A stretch of 64,000 nt of DNA from Amphiscolops sp. MND2022 (lineage: Eukaryota). Where the stretch lies: positions 31,186,001 through 31,250,000 of the forward strand of contig OZ076419.1 in NCBI GenBank assembly GCA_964187785.1, given 5' to 3'. Below are positions 35,001 through 44,664 of the stretch, in pieces (position 1 is the first letter of the stretch; each line of letters opens with the position of its first letter). The notes below the pieces were generated by a model. It was not told where the DNA came from and searched no databases. It saw nothing but the letters and a program-made list of their open reading frames with translations. A program made the translations under genes and the position numbers.

Positions 35001-37382
35001 TCCAGTATTACAGGCGTCGGTGGTTATGAAATTATCTTTCTTTGGGTCGAAGTGTGCTAGACATGGTGTTTCGGTTATTTCCTTTTTTAGTTGTTCAAAA
35101 TCATCGTTTATTTCTTTCGTCCATTCCCATTTTACGTCTTTCTTGAGTAATTTTCTCATTCTGTCGGTCTTTTTAGACAAGTTGTTCAAAAATTTTGATA
35201 AATGTTGTATTGAGCCCAGAAAAGATTTTAGCTCTTTTGTGTTTGTGGGGGCTTTTAATTTTGTTATAGCCTCGGTTTTATCTTTAATTGGCTTTACCCC
35301 TTCTTGGTTTATCAAGTACCCTAACCAGGTTAGCTCTTTTTTGAACAGTTCTGTTTTTCTTTCACTCGCTCGGTAACCGGCTTCTTGCAATTTTATTAGA
35401 ACTTCGCGTAGTTCCCGATCGTGTTCTTCTATCGTTCCGTTTGTGACGCAAATGATGTCATCTAACCATACCGGCGTTTTGAATTCTAGGACCTTATCTA
35501 TATGTTCTTGAAATACCGTTGGTATGTCAGATAGGCCGTAGAATCCCTTCTTGAACCGGTAGTGTCCCGTGAAATCGCCGCCAATGATGGAGAACACGCA
35601 ATGTCTTGATGCTTCTGCGGATAGTTTGGCCTGTCCATATGCATAATCTAAATCAATTTTGGACATCCAAATTTCGCCGTTATTTTGTGTAATTTTTGCG
35701 GAAATTTGACTGATTAGTTCCTCCATATTTGGCATTGTTGCTTTTCTTTTTATGCAAGATTCGTTTAGTTTCCGGGAGTCTAGTGCAATTTTTACTGATT
35801 TGTCTTTTTTGATTGTTATAACGGCTGGTGAGACAAAGCAGTTTTCAGTTGTTTTATCAGCTTTTTCCAAATGTCCTTTTTCGATTAATTTTTCTAATTC
35901 TTTTTTCACGATTTTTTGAAAGTGTATTGGTACTGGTCTCCCCTTTTGTTGTATCGGTTTTGCGTCTTTTTTCAATTGAATGTCTATGGTTAAGTTTTTT
36001 ATGGTGTGATTGTTTTTAAAAAGGTCCTCGAATTCTTTAAAAATTTTCTCACCTTTTTCGTTTGTGGTTATGCTCCTGATGATGTTTGTTTCGTGACTTC
36101 CTTGTAAACCGATTTCCAATTTATCTAGCCAATCCAATCCCAGCAAGGGTTGTGTATTCTTTTTCTCGGTTATTAAGATTGGCAACATCACTTTTGTTTT
36201 CTCTGTTTTGACCTCAACTATTGCTTCGCCTTTGAATTCTATCGGGTTTTTGTTTACGTCCACGAAACACTTTGAAGTCGCTTTCATTTGTTTTGGAGTG
36301 ATAATTGGTGGGATAATCGTTACTGGAGAGCCGGTGTCAATTATGAATTCAATTGGTTGTCCGTCCACCAATAGGATGGCTTTGTAGAAGTCTACTCGAT
36401 TTATGCCGTTGACGGACTGAATATGGTCAATTTCTGGCCATGATTCCGTGTTGCTACCGGTATCTTCCTCTTGTATCCGGTTTACGGTTCTTGATCGGCA
36501 GACCTTTGCAAAATGACCGGACTTCTTACAGTTGTTACATTTTGCCTTCCGTGCTGGGCAAGTGTGGTCGGGTGTCCAGTTGGATTTTCCGCAGAAGTGG
36601 CAGTTCCGCTCCGTGTTTCTCTTTTTAGCCGTGAACGTGGCCTTCTTCCTCGTTGCGGGTTTTGTGTATCCGACCTGTTCCTCGTCTGATGTGCTTTCGG
36701 ATGAGTTTTTCCGCTGTCTCTTGTAGGTTGTTTGTTTGTCTCCATATTTACGGTTATAGTTGTCCAGCTCAATGGTCTCCAATATCAGTGATAATTTCAG
36801 TGGGCCTTTGATGAATTTATCTCGGGCTTTTTTATCGTTTATGGTTGCTGCGAATTTGTATGAAATGATGTCTTCGGATGTGATGGTGTTAAATTCGCAC
36901 TTTCTTTCGATGTCTACCAGCCTCTTCCAGTACTCGTCTAGGGTTTCGCCATCTTCTTGCTTGATATTAAAGAATTGGGCCCGGCTGTGGAATACATTCC
37001 TGGTTGGTAGGAAGGTCTTTTTGAATAGTTTCAACAACTCTTGGAGACTAATATCTTTAAGTTCCTTTCCCCATTGACCTCTCATGATTTCGTGCTTTGC
37101 TTTTGGGCCCAGTGCCCATATAACATCACCTTTGATGTGATAGGTTGTATGAGGGTCCATGGAGTCCGTCCCTTGTTCCATCAGCTCGTCCAGTTTCTTT
37201 TGGTATGTCAAATCTATGTATTCGGATATTTGTTCCCACCACATTTTGGGATTGGCTTTTGATAGGTCAGTCTCTCTATCCGATAAGATCGGGATCTTGT
37301 ACTTGTTTCTTTCAGTCCTTTCGACTGTTGTTTGGTTGACCGCCGTTGGGTCGGTTTCGTTGTTGTTGTTCGTATTTTCCAT
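32088..37382 (-). CDS. gag-pol: Gag-Pol polyprotein, 1764 aa, uninterrupted
   Basis: Gag knuckles at aa 261-275 and CNNCKKSGHFAKVC at aa 282-295. Protease FIIDTGS (D349). RT motifs SKIDLDYAY (D577) and VWLDDII (639-642). RNase H TTDAC/ELELL/TDH/TDYLSR (787-906). Integrase HSGH...CPSC zinc finger (1240-1275) and D1307-D1366-E1402 with D(35)E spacing. Confidence 0.97.
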   Translation of the reverse strand: MENTNNNNETDPTAVNQTTVERTERNKYKIPILSDRETDLSKANPKMWWEQISEYIDLTYQKKLDELMEQGTDSMDPHTTYHIKGDVIWALGPKAKHEIMRGQWGKELKDISLQELLKLFKKTFLPTRNVFHSRAQFFNIKQEDGETLDEYWKRLVDIERKCEFNTITSEDIISYKFAATINDKKARDKFIKGPLKLSLILETIELDNYNRKYGDKQTTYKRQRKNSSESTSDEEQVGYTKPATRKKATFTAKKRNTERNCHFCGKSNWTPDHTCPARKAKCNNCKKSGHFAKVCRSRTVNRIQEEDTGSNTESWPEIDHIQSVNGINRVDFYKAILLVDGQPIEFIIDTGSPVTIIPPIITPKQMKATSKCFVDVNKNPIEFKGEAIVEVKTEKTKVMLPILITEKKNTQPLLGLDWLDKLEIGLQGSHETNIIRSITTNEKGEKIFKEFEDLFKNNHTIKNLTIDIQLKKDAKPIQQKGRPVPIHFQKIVKKELEKLIEKGHLEKADKTTENCFVSPAVITIKKDKSVKIALDSRKLNESCIKRKATMPNMEELISQISAKITQNNGEIWMSKIDLDYAYGQAKLSAEASRHCVFSIIGGDFTGHYRFKKGFYGLSDIPTVFQEHIDKVLEFKTPVWLDDIICVTNGTIEEHDRELREVLIKLQEAGYRASERKTELFKKELTWLGYLINQEGVKPIKDKTEAITKLKAPTNTKELKSFLGSIQHLSKFLNNLSKKTDRMRKLLKKDVKWEWTKEINDDFEQLKKEITETPCLAHFDPKKDNFITTDACNTGLGATLWQKENETFRPVAFASRFLTECERKYAINELELLGVLWGLEYFRYYVYGKKVNLLTDHQALQPLLKRNRAHKQYSARLTRWLDRLSHFDVNVQYTAGKNIPLTDYLSRHPIIHEHETETPHEGDESEAEEEFVINQIYGLFEFNRTNGSITQHMRRPPPVKNSDQSERRTQIRKQNDREHSIQTFSPQKDIDSPNNSNLDSQAPKMSKMDKVNGIDLQFIFKKRGHSPETSRLRTERFKLLQPNRTRIVGKGKDNERILEYRPSQQDRKEIEKLNILIYNRFFYHCEKLGTTPLREFNENQHESWINTSSDNESQISHVKTEKCPTNILKKFKKHESINLIRLKQTAKRNVLPEERNEKTAETIRRAERDFSMDLPLLVEETAQDTKILDAIIALEAGKRDGIFYPYRPHREHLETRFGLLFYNDRIVIPEAMRSTIIAMLHSGHVSINKMDKSAEAFWWPGLHRDIREKAENCPSCRVAGKNLKTQLPQTEINRLELLTEPGQEIQLDFAGPIKSKSRGDIYILVAIDRFSKWPTAQICKNTDSRTVIKFLTKYCTDNGTPKTIRTDNGSCFKSNEFKDYCNGENIKRIRCTPNLHTGNGLVERTIRTIKSLTRANLEDGLTFEESVARAIKTIRQTPHNILKMTPFQLHHGRKPRTPITNLIGQPTCLLADWKKTLTNYFLAQPAELQVFTVHDSDGELADYLVLNESRKRGRSVRDNFKSYQFFEKDTKPNAMKCRFKTNKILTAANETKHTITTTDGKVIHKKLASNPFKFQPAKKTEEPRKPTNRCTRCGRFSHDDLCDTHKRIRSEQQGQSTSADKTIPTMPIERSETRPDITVISDSQSSHADELPSTANIDPELTITAEIKYDDAVKPIEETRENETPAISPPVDCSTEKTKRTAKDFDNTPTGSPQKIHTSPNRGVVELNLDGGENIENKVVEKGIRRSDRIKSAKRVVKMGGIEYF

Positions 37383-37407
37383 CGGTTTTCTTCTCTTGTT
37401 CGTACTT

Positions 37408-37421
37408 CTATGACTGCGCCA
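37408..37421 (-). promoter_or_regulatory. Primer-binding site (TGGCGCAGTCATAG), tRNA-Ser-like primer
   Basis: Begins with TGG directly after the 5' LTR and is complementary to a tRNA 3' end ...GACTGCG-CCA. The G discriminator suggests Ser (inference). Confidence 0.85.
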
Positions 37422-37602
37422 TGTTATAGACTCGATAAAAAGTTTGAAGTAAGATGTTCAAGTTAAGAATGTGTAGGTAATGTAACATACAAAGTATCAC
37501 TGTACTCAACGTAAAGTTTGCATCAAATGAATATAGTCTAGAGGACAATGTAAGTTCATTGGCAGGTATCTAATTACTGTTGTCTAGACTAATCTCTCTT
37601 CA
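37422..37602 (-). repeat. 5' LTR of the Gypsy element (181 bp)
   Basis: Identical to 31761-31941 except at one position (37592 a vs 31931 t). Sense strand reads TGAAGAG...CTATAACA. Confidence 0.97.
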
Positions 37603-38010
37603 TCAGATTTCAAGATATTACGTTTTTCTAAAACAAAGCATTACACTATTTTTTTTACATAATACGTAATAATAAAAACATAAAACAAAAAAATCTTCAT
37701 TTGGCGTTTCCTTGAGGCTCAAAAAGAACGAAGCCTTTAGAAAAACCTCGGAGCGGTTTTCAAGAACACGTTAAAATTTTTTCAACTGGGGTACTTTTTG
37801 AGATTATGAGGGACACCTATCTAAGAACACCATAAAACTACAGGTGGACTATCTAGTGAAAAACGTTTGGAAAAAATTGCGAATTGTGGGAAAAAATCTT
37901 TTTCTATGAGTGAACTTTTACTTTCCTTTAGTAACTAGCATTTGAAAAAATCTGCATTGGTTAGAATTCAAGACCACCTTAGGCCTGGCACCATGTGATA
38001 AGACTACAAA

Positions 38011-38663
38011 GATTTTCAGAAATTTCGTCGTCGGAAATTTCGTCGTCGGTGATTATGTTCCATAAACCGTCGCATTTTCTCTAATCTTTTAGGGATCGTT
38101 TTATTATTGAGTCTTAATAATTATCGAGTCTTGTTAATTATCTTAAAAATTATCGATAATTGTGCAATTACTGCTATCATTGACTACTTTTAGTTATGGT
38201 TTTGAGAGAAAATAGTTTCGGGCCCCCAGATACACCTTGTTTCTTATTCCCCCAACACGAACTTGTTTCGACACTTACAGCAAAAATTACCATAATTTTC
38301 AAATAATTTTTTGATAAAAAACAAAAATTCACCCTTGGAACAAGCCTAAATTGTATTTTAAAGCCCCGGTAAGTAGTTCCATCGGTAGGACTGAAGATAT
38401 ACCACTGCTCAATAGGCTTCTTGACGAGTTGATTGGATGCAATTAATTTTTTGATCCAATTTTGGTGTCAAGCTGAAACTTGTTCTTAAGATCTAACTTT
38501 AATAATTTAATAATTCAAATAATGTTTTTTCGTTAACGCTGTTAATTCTAATCAATACGACGAAATTTCCGACGACAAAATTTATGGTTTTGCTAATACG
38601 ACGAAATTTTCTACGACCAAGTTTCTGATGACGAAATTTCTGGCGACGAAATTTCCGCCTCCC
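38011..38663. mobile_element. Foldback/MULE-like non-autonomous element with inverted arrays of a ~15-nt unit (GGAAATTTCGTCGTC)
   Basis: Units at 38018-38049 and inverted units at ~38555-38656. The 9-bp TSD GACTACAAA lies at 38002-38010 and 38664-38672. Confidence 0.85.
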
Positions 38664-38770
38664 GACTACAAAAGTTTTTTTCCGTATTAAGTATGTTATG
38701 TCCGAAATTTATTACGTTATATTCGTTATCTTCGATAACACTCTGAGCATGGTTAAATTTGGGAAGATTA

Positions 38771-38844
38771 GTTGTCAGCGGGATTCGAACCCAAAACTTC
38801 CTGCATGCCAACATTTCATCCTAAACACTGGACCAAGTGGCAGC
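38771..38844 (-). pseudogene. Degenerate tRNA-Ala-like sequence (tRNA pseudogene or SINE head)
   Basis: A-box-like TGGTCCAGTGTTTAGGAT, B-box GGTTCGAATCCC and the Ala-type signature TTGGCATGCAGGAAG. The acceptor stem has only 5/7 pairs and the anticodon stem is unpaired. Confidence 0.6.
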
Positions 38845-38879
38845 ATTTTTGCCCTAAACTCTGCTAAAAATGTGGAAAA

Positions 38880-39230
38880 ATCAGTCTGTAATCTGACAGG
38901 AAAAAACCTACCACTGTCAGAGTGGGGCACTTTTCTTTGAAAAACGCGCCAAACACAAATCTTTGATCCAAAAAAACTGTGAATATAGTAGAGCAAGCTG
39001 GAAATGGCCCAAATCGGCGCCATATCGAAGGCTCAAAAATAGCAAAAAGACTTCAATGTGCCAAAGTATTGATGAATTGGGGACCCTTTGTTGAAATCGT
39101 TTTTTATCAAAAAAAAGTCTCGCAATGCCAAAAAACTGAAAAGGTATCTATCCTTAGTCATGCCCCGTATTGTACGTTACGCGGTAAAAAGGAAAAACCT
39201 TTTTGGTTCTGTTCGCTAGGCCAAATGGTT
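38880..39230 (-). mobile_element. Reverse-oriented fragments of the Helentron-like repeat (3' end followed by a head)
   Basis: The reverse complement gives aaagggtcccc...tttgagccttcgatatggcgccgatttgggccatttccagcttg, then ttggcgcg...gtgccccactctgacagtgg. Confidence 0.55.
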
Positions 39231-41059
39231 TAATTTGACACCATGAAATTTTGTAGAACTTTTGATAGAACTACTTTGGTCACTTCTGGTGTATCGAAAA
39301 AAAAACACTGACGAAAAGCCATGACTATAGTGGACTCTATTCTATAGTTTGAAGCAGCGAAATCCACAAGCGTTATTGCATCGAAAAAAACAAGCCGGTA
39401 AACGCTTAACCGTGTCCCGTTTATCCCTAGCCGCTCCAAAGACTTGTTTTGAAGAAAAACTTACAGTTCCGAAAATTGTTGAAAGGGCTGAAAAAGGCTT
39501 TGTTTTACAGTTGAACATTAAAAAACGAGGAATTTTAAAAATAGAAAATAAATTCGAAAAAAATCTCAAAATTTCCTTCGATCTTGCAAAGCTTTGCCAT
39601 TAAAACATGAAAAATAAAAAGCGAAATCCTCAAAGTTTTTAGGCTTCTATTTGTGTTATTGGAACACCAAAAGTTTTTGTAGGACTTTCCTATTCACTGA
39701 AAACGCCAAAAATGACAAAAGTATCAATTTGCCGTTAGCCTATCTTCTTCACTTCTTTCACTTTTGTTTTTTCAAAGATCCTAAAGTTTTTATAAGGGCT
39801 GTCTTTGTCTTATTATTCTCCATTTTATTCTTGGTGAGCAAAATATAAATTATTGAAAATAGCAATCTTTTTTCAGAAAATTGTAACATATGTTCAATTG
39901 GGAATCCATCCTAGTGTTTCGGCTATTATTTTGTCTTGTGATTCAATATTTAAGTAAAAACTGTTTTTTTTGCGCAACTATCCTGCACTACAAAAGAGTG
40001 TTGTTTGCAGTAATGTCTTTTACCATACAAAAAAGCCGAAGAAAATAGTTGCTTTTCAATAAACCCGTTTCAACGCAACAAAGGAAAGGAGTGTTACACA
40101 TTTTCCAAAAGCATATGAAACTACCGAAAGAGTTTTACGGATGGAAAAGTCTCAAATACCAGACGTTGATGAAACCAAAAGCTCTACGTTTCAAAAATGG
40201 ATACATGAAAGTCTCGATAGCCTACTAGTTAGAGCTTAAGGCTTTTCATTAGAATATCGTAGTTTCAATTCCATCCCAGGTTGAAAATATTGGAAATTTT
40301 CAATTTACAAATTTCCTGGTTTTTTGAAATAAAAATAATTATAAAAATGTTGTCTACAAACTACATAATTTTGATATAGTTGATGGTTTTTCATGGTTCT
40401 CTATTTCTTGCCAAGCAGAAAGCGTCGTTCGAATATATGCAACATTGATTCGTCGAATACTCTGGATCTCTGAAAAAAAACACAATATTGTACAAGCGCA
40501 GCTGCACGTTGATATTTTCCCGTCCCCTCTTACAATATTGCTTTAGAAAAGTATTCAGACACATTGAAGCATCAATTTCTTTGAGAAATAAGTAACCAAG
40601 TAATGTGAAAAAGCCTGGAAATCAACAACCGAAAATAACCCAAAAATTGGTACTTTCACCGAGCCATATTCCAACATCGAATGACAGAATAACATCCGGA
40701 TTGCTGCCAACCATAGTTTTTTGACCCAAACTACCGATCTAAGACAAAAAACCGGCAATTAATTCGATTTCTAATTTTTTTCTGGGTTTTTTTGCCTTTT
40801 TCGGTCAATATATCATTTTTCTGGCAAATATTGCAATCCATTTCCTGTTTAACTCACTTTAGTCCTCATATTTGTTTGTGATCGTGTTGTGAGAATATAT
40901 TTGTAGCGAATATTAGCCTATTTTGATATGCAGAAAGTCCCCAAGATAGTGTAATAACTGATCACGAAATTTTTGTTGCTTGTAGTATATCAACGGATAC
41001 ACTCTCAAAACTTCATATCTACGCATAAATATTTGCTTCTATATTGTTTACTCTAATAG

Positions 41060-41293
41060 TCGATATACCTGAGAAAAGAAATCCCTCGAGACTCGAAAGA
41101 TGTTTTTGCAAGAAAAAACATCAAAAAACCTCAAGTTCGCCTTAAAAAGTCGAACTATGCTAAAAACCCAGTTGCGGGACGCTCTTTGCTAACAAAAAAG
41201 TTACAAAACTTCAAAAAAACACGAAGGACGGGTTCCTTTTGCTTTGTCTACCTCTGTAAACATAAAAAAGTTTACAACAGTCAGCGATTTTAA
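41060..41293 (+). pseudogene. Possible piggyBac-like transposase C-terminal cysteine-rich remnant
   Basis: 77-codon stop-free stretch ending GRSLL...KKTRRTGSFCFVYLCKHK, which resembles RCxxC...KTRxxCxxCxVxLCxxH with eroded cysteines. Confidence 0.35.
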
Positions 41294-41369
41294 CACTCGC
41301 ATCCCAGCCCGTCATCACACAGAATAAAAACCTGCTTTAACCCAAAGGCCGAGTCAAAAAAGTCAAAAG

Positions 41370-43737
41370 TATTTTACACTTTTCCATTGGAATGATGTAG
41401 TTTCAAAGAAAGTTTTGGAATTTTGTTTTAAACTCCTCTTCTGAACTTCCCGTTTTTTTTGAGAACCCGAAAACTAAAAAATATTTCGAACATGCAACCT
41501 TCAGTCATTCTCACATGGGTTTTTGTTTGAGGATTGAGGGGACAATTTGTTTGGTTGGGGACAGGTAATGCTTACGAGGAATACTGCATTTAATCACAAT
41601 GTTAGAATATACAGCACTCAGTCGAAAAGTATTCTTCAAAACAGAAAAACATTTTAAGTTGTTTTTTTTCAATTTTTCAACTGCCTTTCATTCTCGGCAT
41701 TGGCCTAGATTGGCAAAATAGAACCCAATGAGTTTACCATTTTCATGCTAGGAAAGTGCGAAGAAGACGAGAACGTCTCAAGTCAGCGCCAAAACCGCTG
41801 CAACTGACAATTATGGAAAAACTTCCACTGCAATGAAAAGTATAAGAGTATAATGACTGGACTATGTCATTCACTGTGTTTCAACTGGCCAAAAGCCGAA
41901 GGATGAAAATGAAAAAAAAACAATTAGGACAGTTTTTCAATGCCTTGAAGTGCCGAAAATGGCGAAGAAAAAACCCTTGGTGTTTTCAGTCGGATACTCA
42001 GAGTTTTTTTTCTTCGTGAGTAGATTTACTGAATTTGTAATTTTTAGTAGGTCCGCTTTTTTGTTCAAATTCCTGATCTTCAGTTACTTCATATCATTGT
42101 GAAGCCAGGCTAAAATGTATCTAGGACCGCTAACTAGAAACATCAACAAGGATAGAAAGCAGCAAAACTATTGGGATTTTTCGGCACTGTGCGACTTTCT
42201 TTGTTGAAAAAACATTTTCTTGAAAAAAACCATGGTCTACTTGTGTTGAAGACCCTTTGTATACCAAATATTTCGGTTGAAAAAGTATTTTTAAGTTCAA
42301 ACATGCACTGAAACTTGTTCAGCTCAATATAATTCCAGTCGAATTTAATTCCACTCCTTTGTAATTTTTTGTTGTTTTATTGTTCTGATCTCAGCATTGT
42401 GTCTATCTGACCATCTAGAGTAAAATTTAGCAACCTAATGAAGTTGAAATTTTCCGTTACTTTTGTAACGTCCTACGATGGAATGCTTTATCTGTACTGT
42501 ACATAAAGGACGTTTTTTTCTCGTGGCTGATCGAATTTGTAATTTGTATATTTTACACTTTTCCATTCGAATGTTGTAGTTTCAAAGATAATTTTGGAAT
42601 TTTGTTTTAAATTCCTTTTCTGAACTTCCCGTTTTTTTGAGAACCCGAAAACTAAAAAATGTCTGTTGAAATCTAAATATTTCGAACATGCAACCTTCAG
42701 TCACTCTCACATGGGTTTTTGTTTGAGGATTGATTTGGTTGGGGACAGGTAATGCTTACGAGGAATACTGCATATAATCACAATGTTAGAATATACAGCA
42801 CTCAGTCGAAAAGTATTCTTTAAAACAGAAAAACATTTTAGGTTGTTTTTTTTTTCAATTTTTCAACTGCCTTTCATTCTCGGCATTGGCCTAGATTGGC
42901 AAATTAGAACCCAATGAGTTTACCATTTTCATGCTAGGAAAGTGCGAAGAAGACGAGAACGTCTCAAGTCAGCGCCAAAACCGCTGCAACTGACAATTAT
43001 GGGAAAACTTCCACTGCAATGAAAAGTATAAGAGTATAATGACTGGACTATGTCATTCACTGTGTTTCAACTGGCCAAAAGCCGAAGGATGAAAATGAAA
43101 AAAAAACAATTAGGACAGTTTTTCAATGCCTTGAAGTGCCGAAAATGGCGAAGAAAAAACCCTTGGTGTTTTCAGTCGGATACTCAGAGTTTTTTTTCTT
43201 CGTGAGTAGATTTACTGAATTTGTAGTTTTTAGTAGGTCCGCTTTTTTGTTCAAATTCCTGATCTTCAGTTACTTCATATCATTGTGAAGCCAGCCTAAA
43301 ATGTATCTAGGACCGCTAACTAGAAACATCAACAAGGATAGAAAGCAGCAAAACTATTGGGATTTTTCGGCACTGTGCGACTTTCTTTGTTGAAAAAGCA
43401 TTTTCTTGAAAAAAACCATGGTCTACTTGTGTTGAAGACCCTTTGTATACCAAATATTTCGGTTGAAAAAGTATTTTTAAGTTCAAACATGCACTGAAAC
43501 TTGTTCAGCTCAATATAATTCCAGTCGAATTTAATTCCACTCCTTTGTAATTTTTTGTTGTTTTATTATTCTGATCTCAGCATTGTGTCTATCTGACCAT
43601 CTAGAGTAAAATTTAGCAACCTAATGAAGTTGAAATTTTCCGTTACTTTTGTAACGTCCTACGATGGAATGCTTTATCTGTACTGTACATAAAGGACGTT
43701 TTTTTCTCGTGGCTGATTGAATTTGTAATTTGTATAT
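41370..43737. repeat. Tandem duplication of a ~1.18-kb unit (41370-42548; 42549-43737)
   Basis: Near-identical copies at offset ~1179 with a few substitutions and two short indels. TAT microhomology occurs at both outer boundaries and at the junction. Confidence 0.95.
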
Positions 43738-44664
43738 CATGTTATTTTCAATCTTGTTTTATTGTAATCTTATCAAACTAGATTTTAAAGAACCTTTTTG
43801 CTGCAAGAGATCCTATCAACTTTGTCCTACCAAATTTTTCAGAAACAATTGCAATAAAAATCTGCCCTTTCTATCTTTAAAACGTAAACACTTGAATGGA
43901 TCCGAACCGCTATTTGAAGGCTGTTTCACACTCAAGATACCAGCCCCATTATCAGCTCAATGCTCATATTGTTTCAGCAAAACCTTGAAAAATGCTTTCA
44001 AGACTCTAAAGGAGCACCATAGACTTAGAAGTCTCAATTTTCAAATGGATTGCTTCTTGAAAGACTTGAACCCTGAAAATAATTTCAATGAAACACTACA
44101 TTTATCACTCTTCGAAATCTTTTAGTCGAAATATCTCAAAAAGTATTTCCCAGAATTGATTTTTTTGAAAAAACAAAAACCTGTCTTTGTGGGGAATCTT
44201 CTTCTCCCAGAGGTTTATTGTGCCGTGGGGTAGATTTCAAACTATAAGTTATATAAAGAAAATATAAATAAACAGGCTGAACATGAGATTCTAAAATGCT
44301 CATTGACTACACTAATGCAAAAAGAAACTGATGAGGTTACGGAGCCATATCGTTTCACGTATACTTGAAATGAATGAATATAAATGAAATGCATATATAC
44401 ATCATGTGAATATACATACATTCATGATGAATTTGCAATGTAACCGTTTTGGGTCCACTTAATGGTTTGACTTTCAGGATACTCCTTCAACGCCATTTCG
44501 AAGCAGAAAAAACTATGCTCTTTGAATTTTGCAATCTTCTGAGCCACCTCTTACCCTTTTTGACAAATAGGGACTATGAAGCTTTGTCGTGTTGTGTTGC
44601 ATAAGTACATTTCATCGCTATCGCAACAACAAAATGGGTTCGCTAATTGCTAACGCTGTCACTA

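Larger units (their letters stand above)
31761..37602 (-). mobile_element. Full-length Ty3/Gypsy LTR retrotransposon, Mag/SURL-like, 5842 bp, no env
   Basis: Two 181-bp direct LTRs with TG...CA ends. The 5-bp TSD TCAGA lies at 31756-31760 and 37603-37607. PBS and PPT are in the expected positions. The single ORF has domain order Gag-PR-RT-RH-INT (Gypsy order). Short LTRs, a 5-bp TSD, a single ORF and paired Gag knuckles fit the Mag-like clade (clade call is inference). Confidence 0.97.

Noticed and set aside
32173-37413. Many plus-strand ORFs (e.g. 32173-32595, 34906-35376, 36760-37077) overlapping gag-pol
   Set aside because: These are antisense shadows of a long coding frame with hydrophobic low-information translations; there is no independent evidence for them.
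41752-41839. Possible plus-strand exon duplicated within the tandem repeat (ESAKKTRTSQVSAK...)
   Set aside because: Weak donor (GTATAA), no linked exons, low-complexity peptide.
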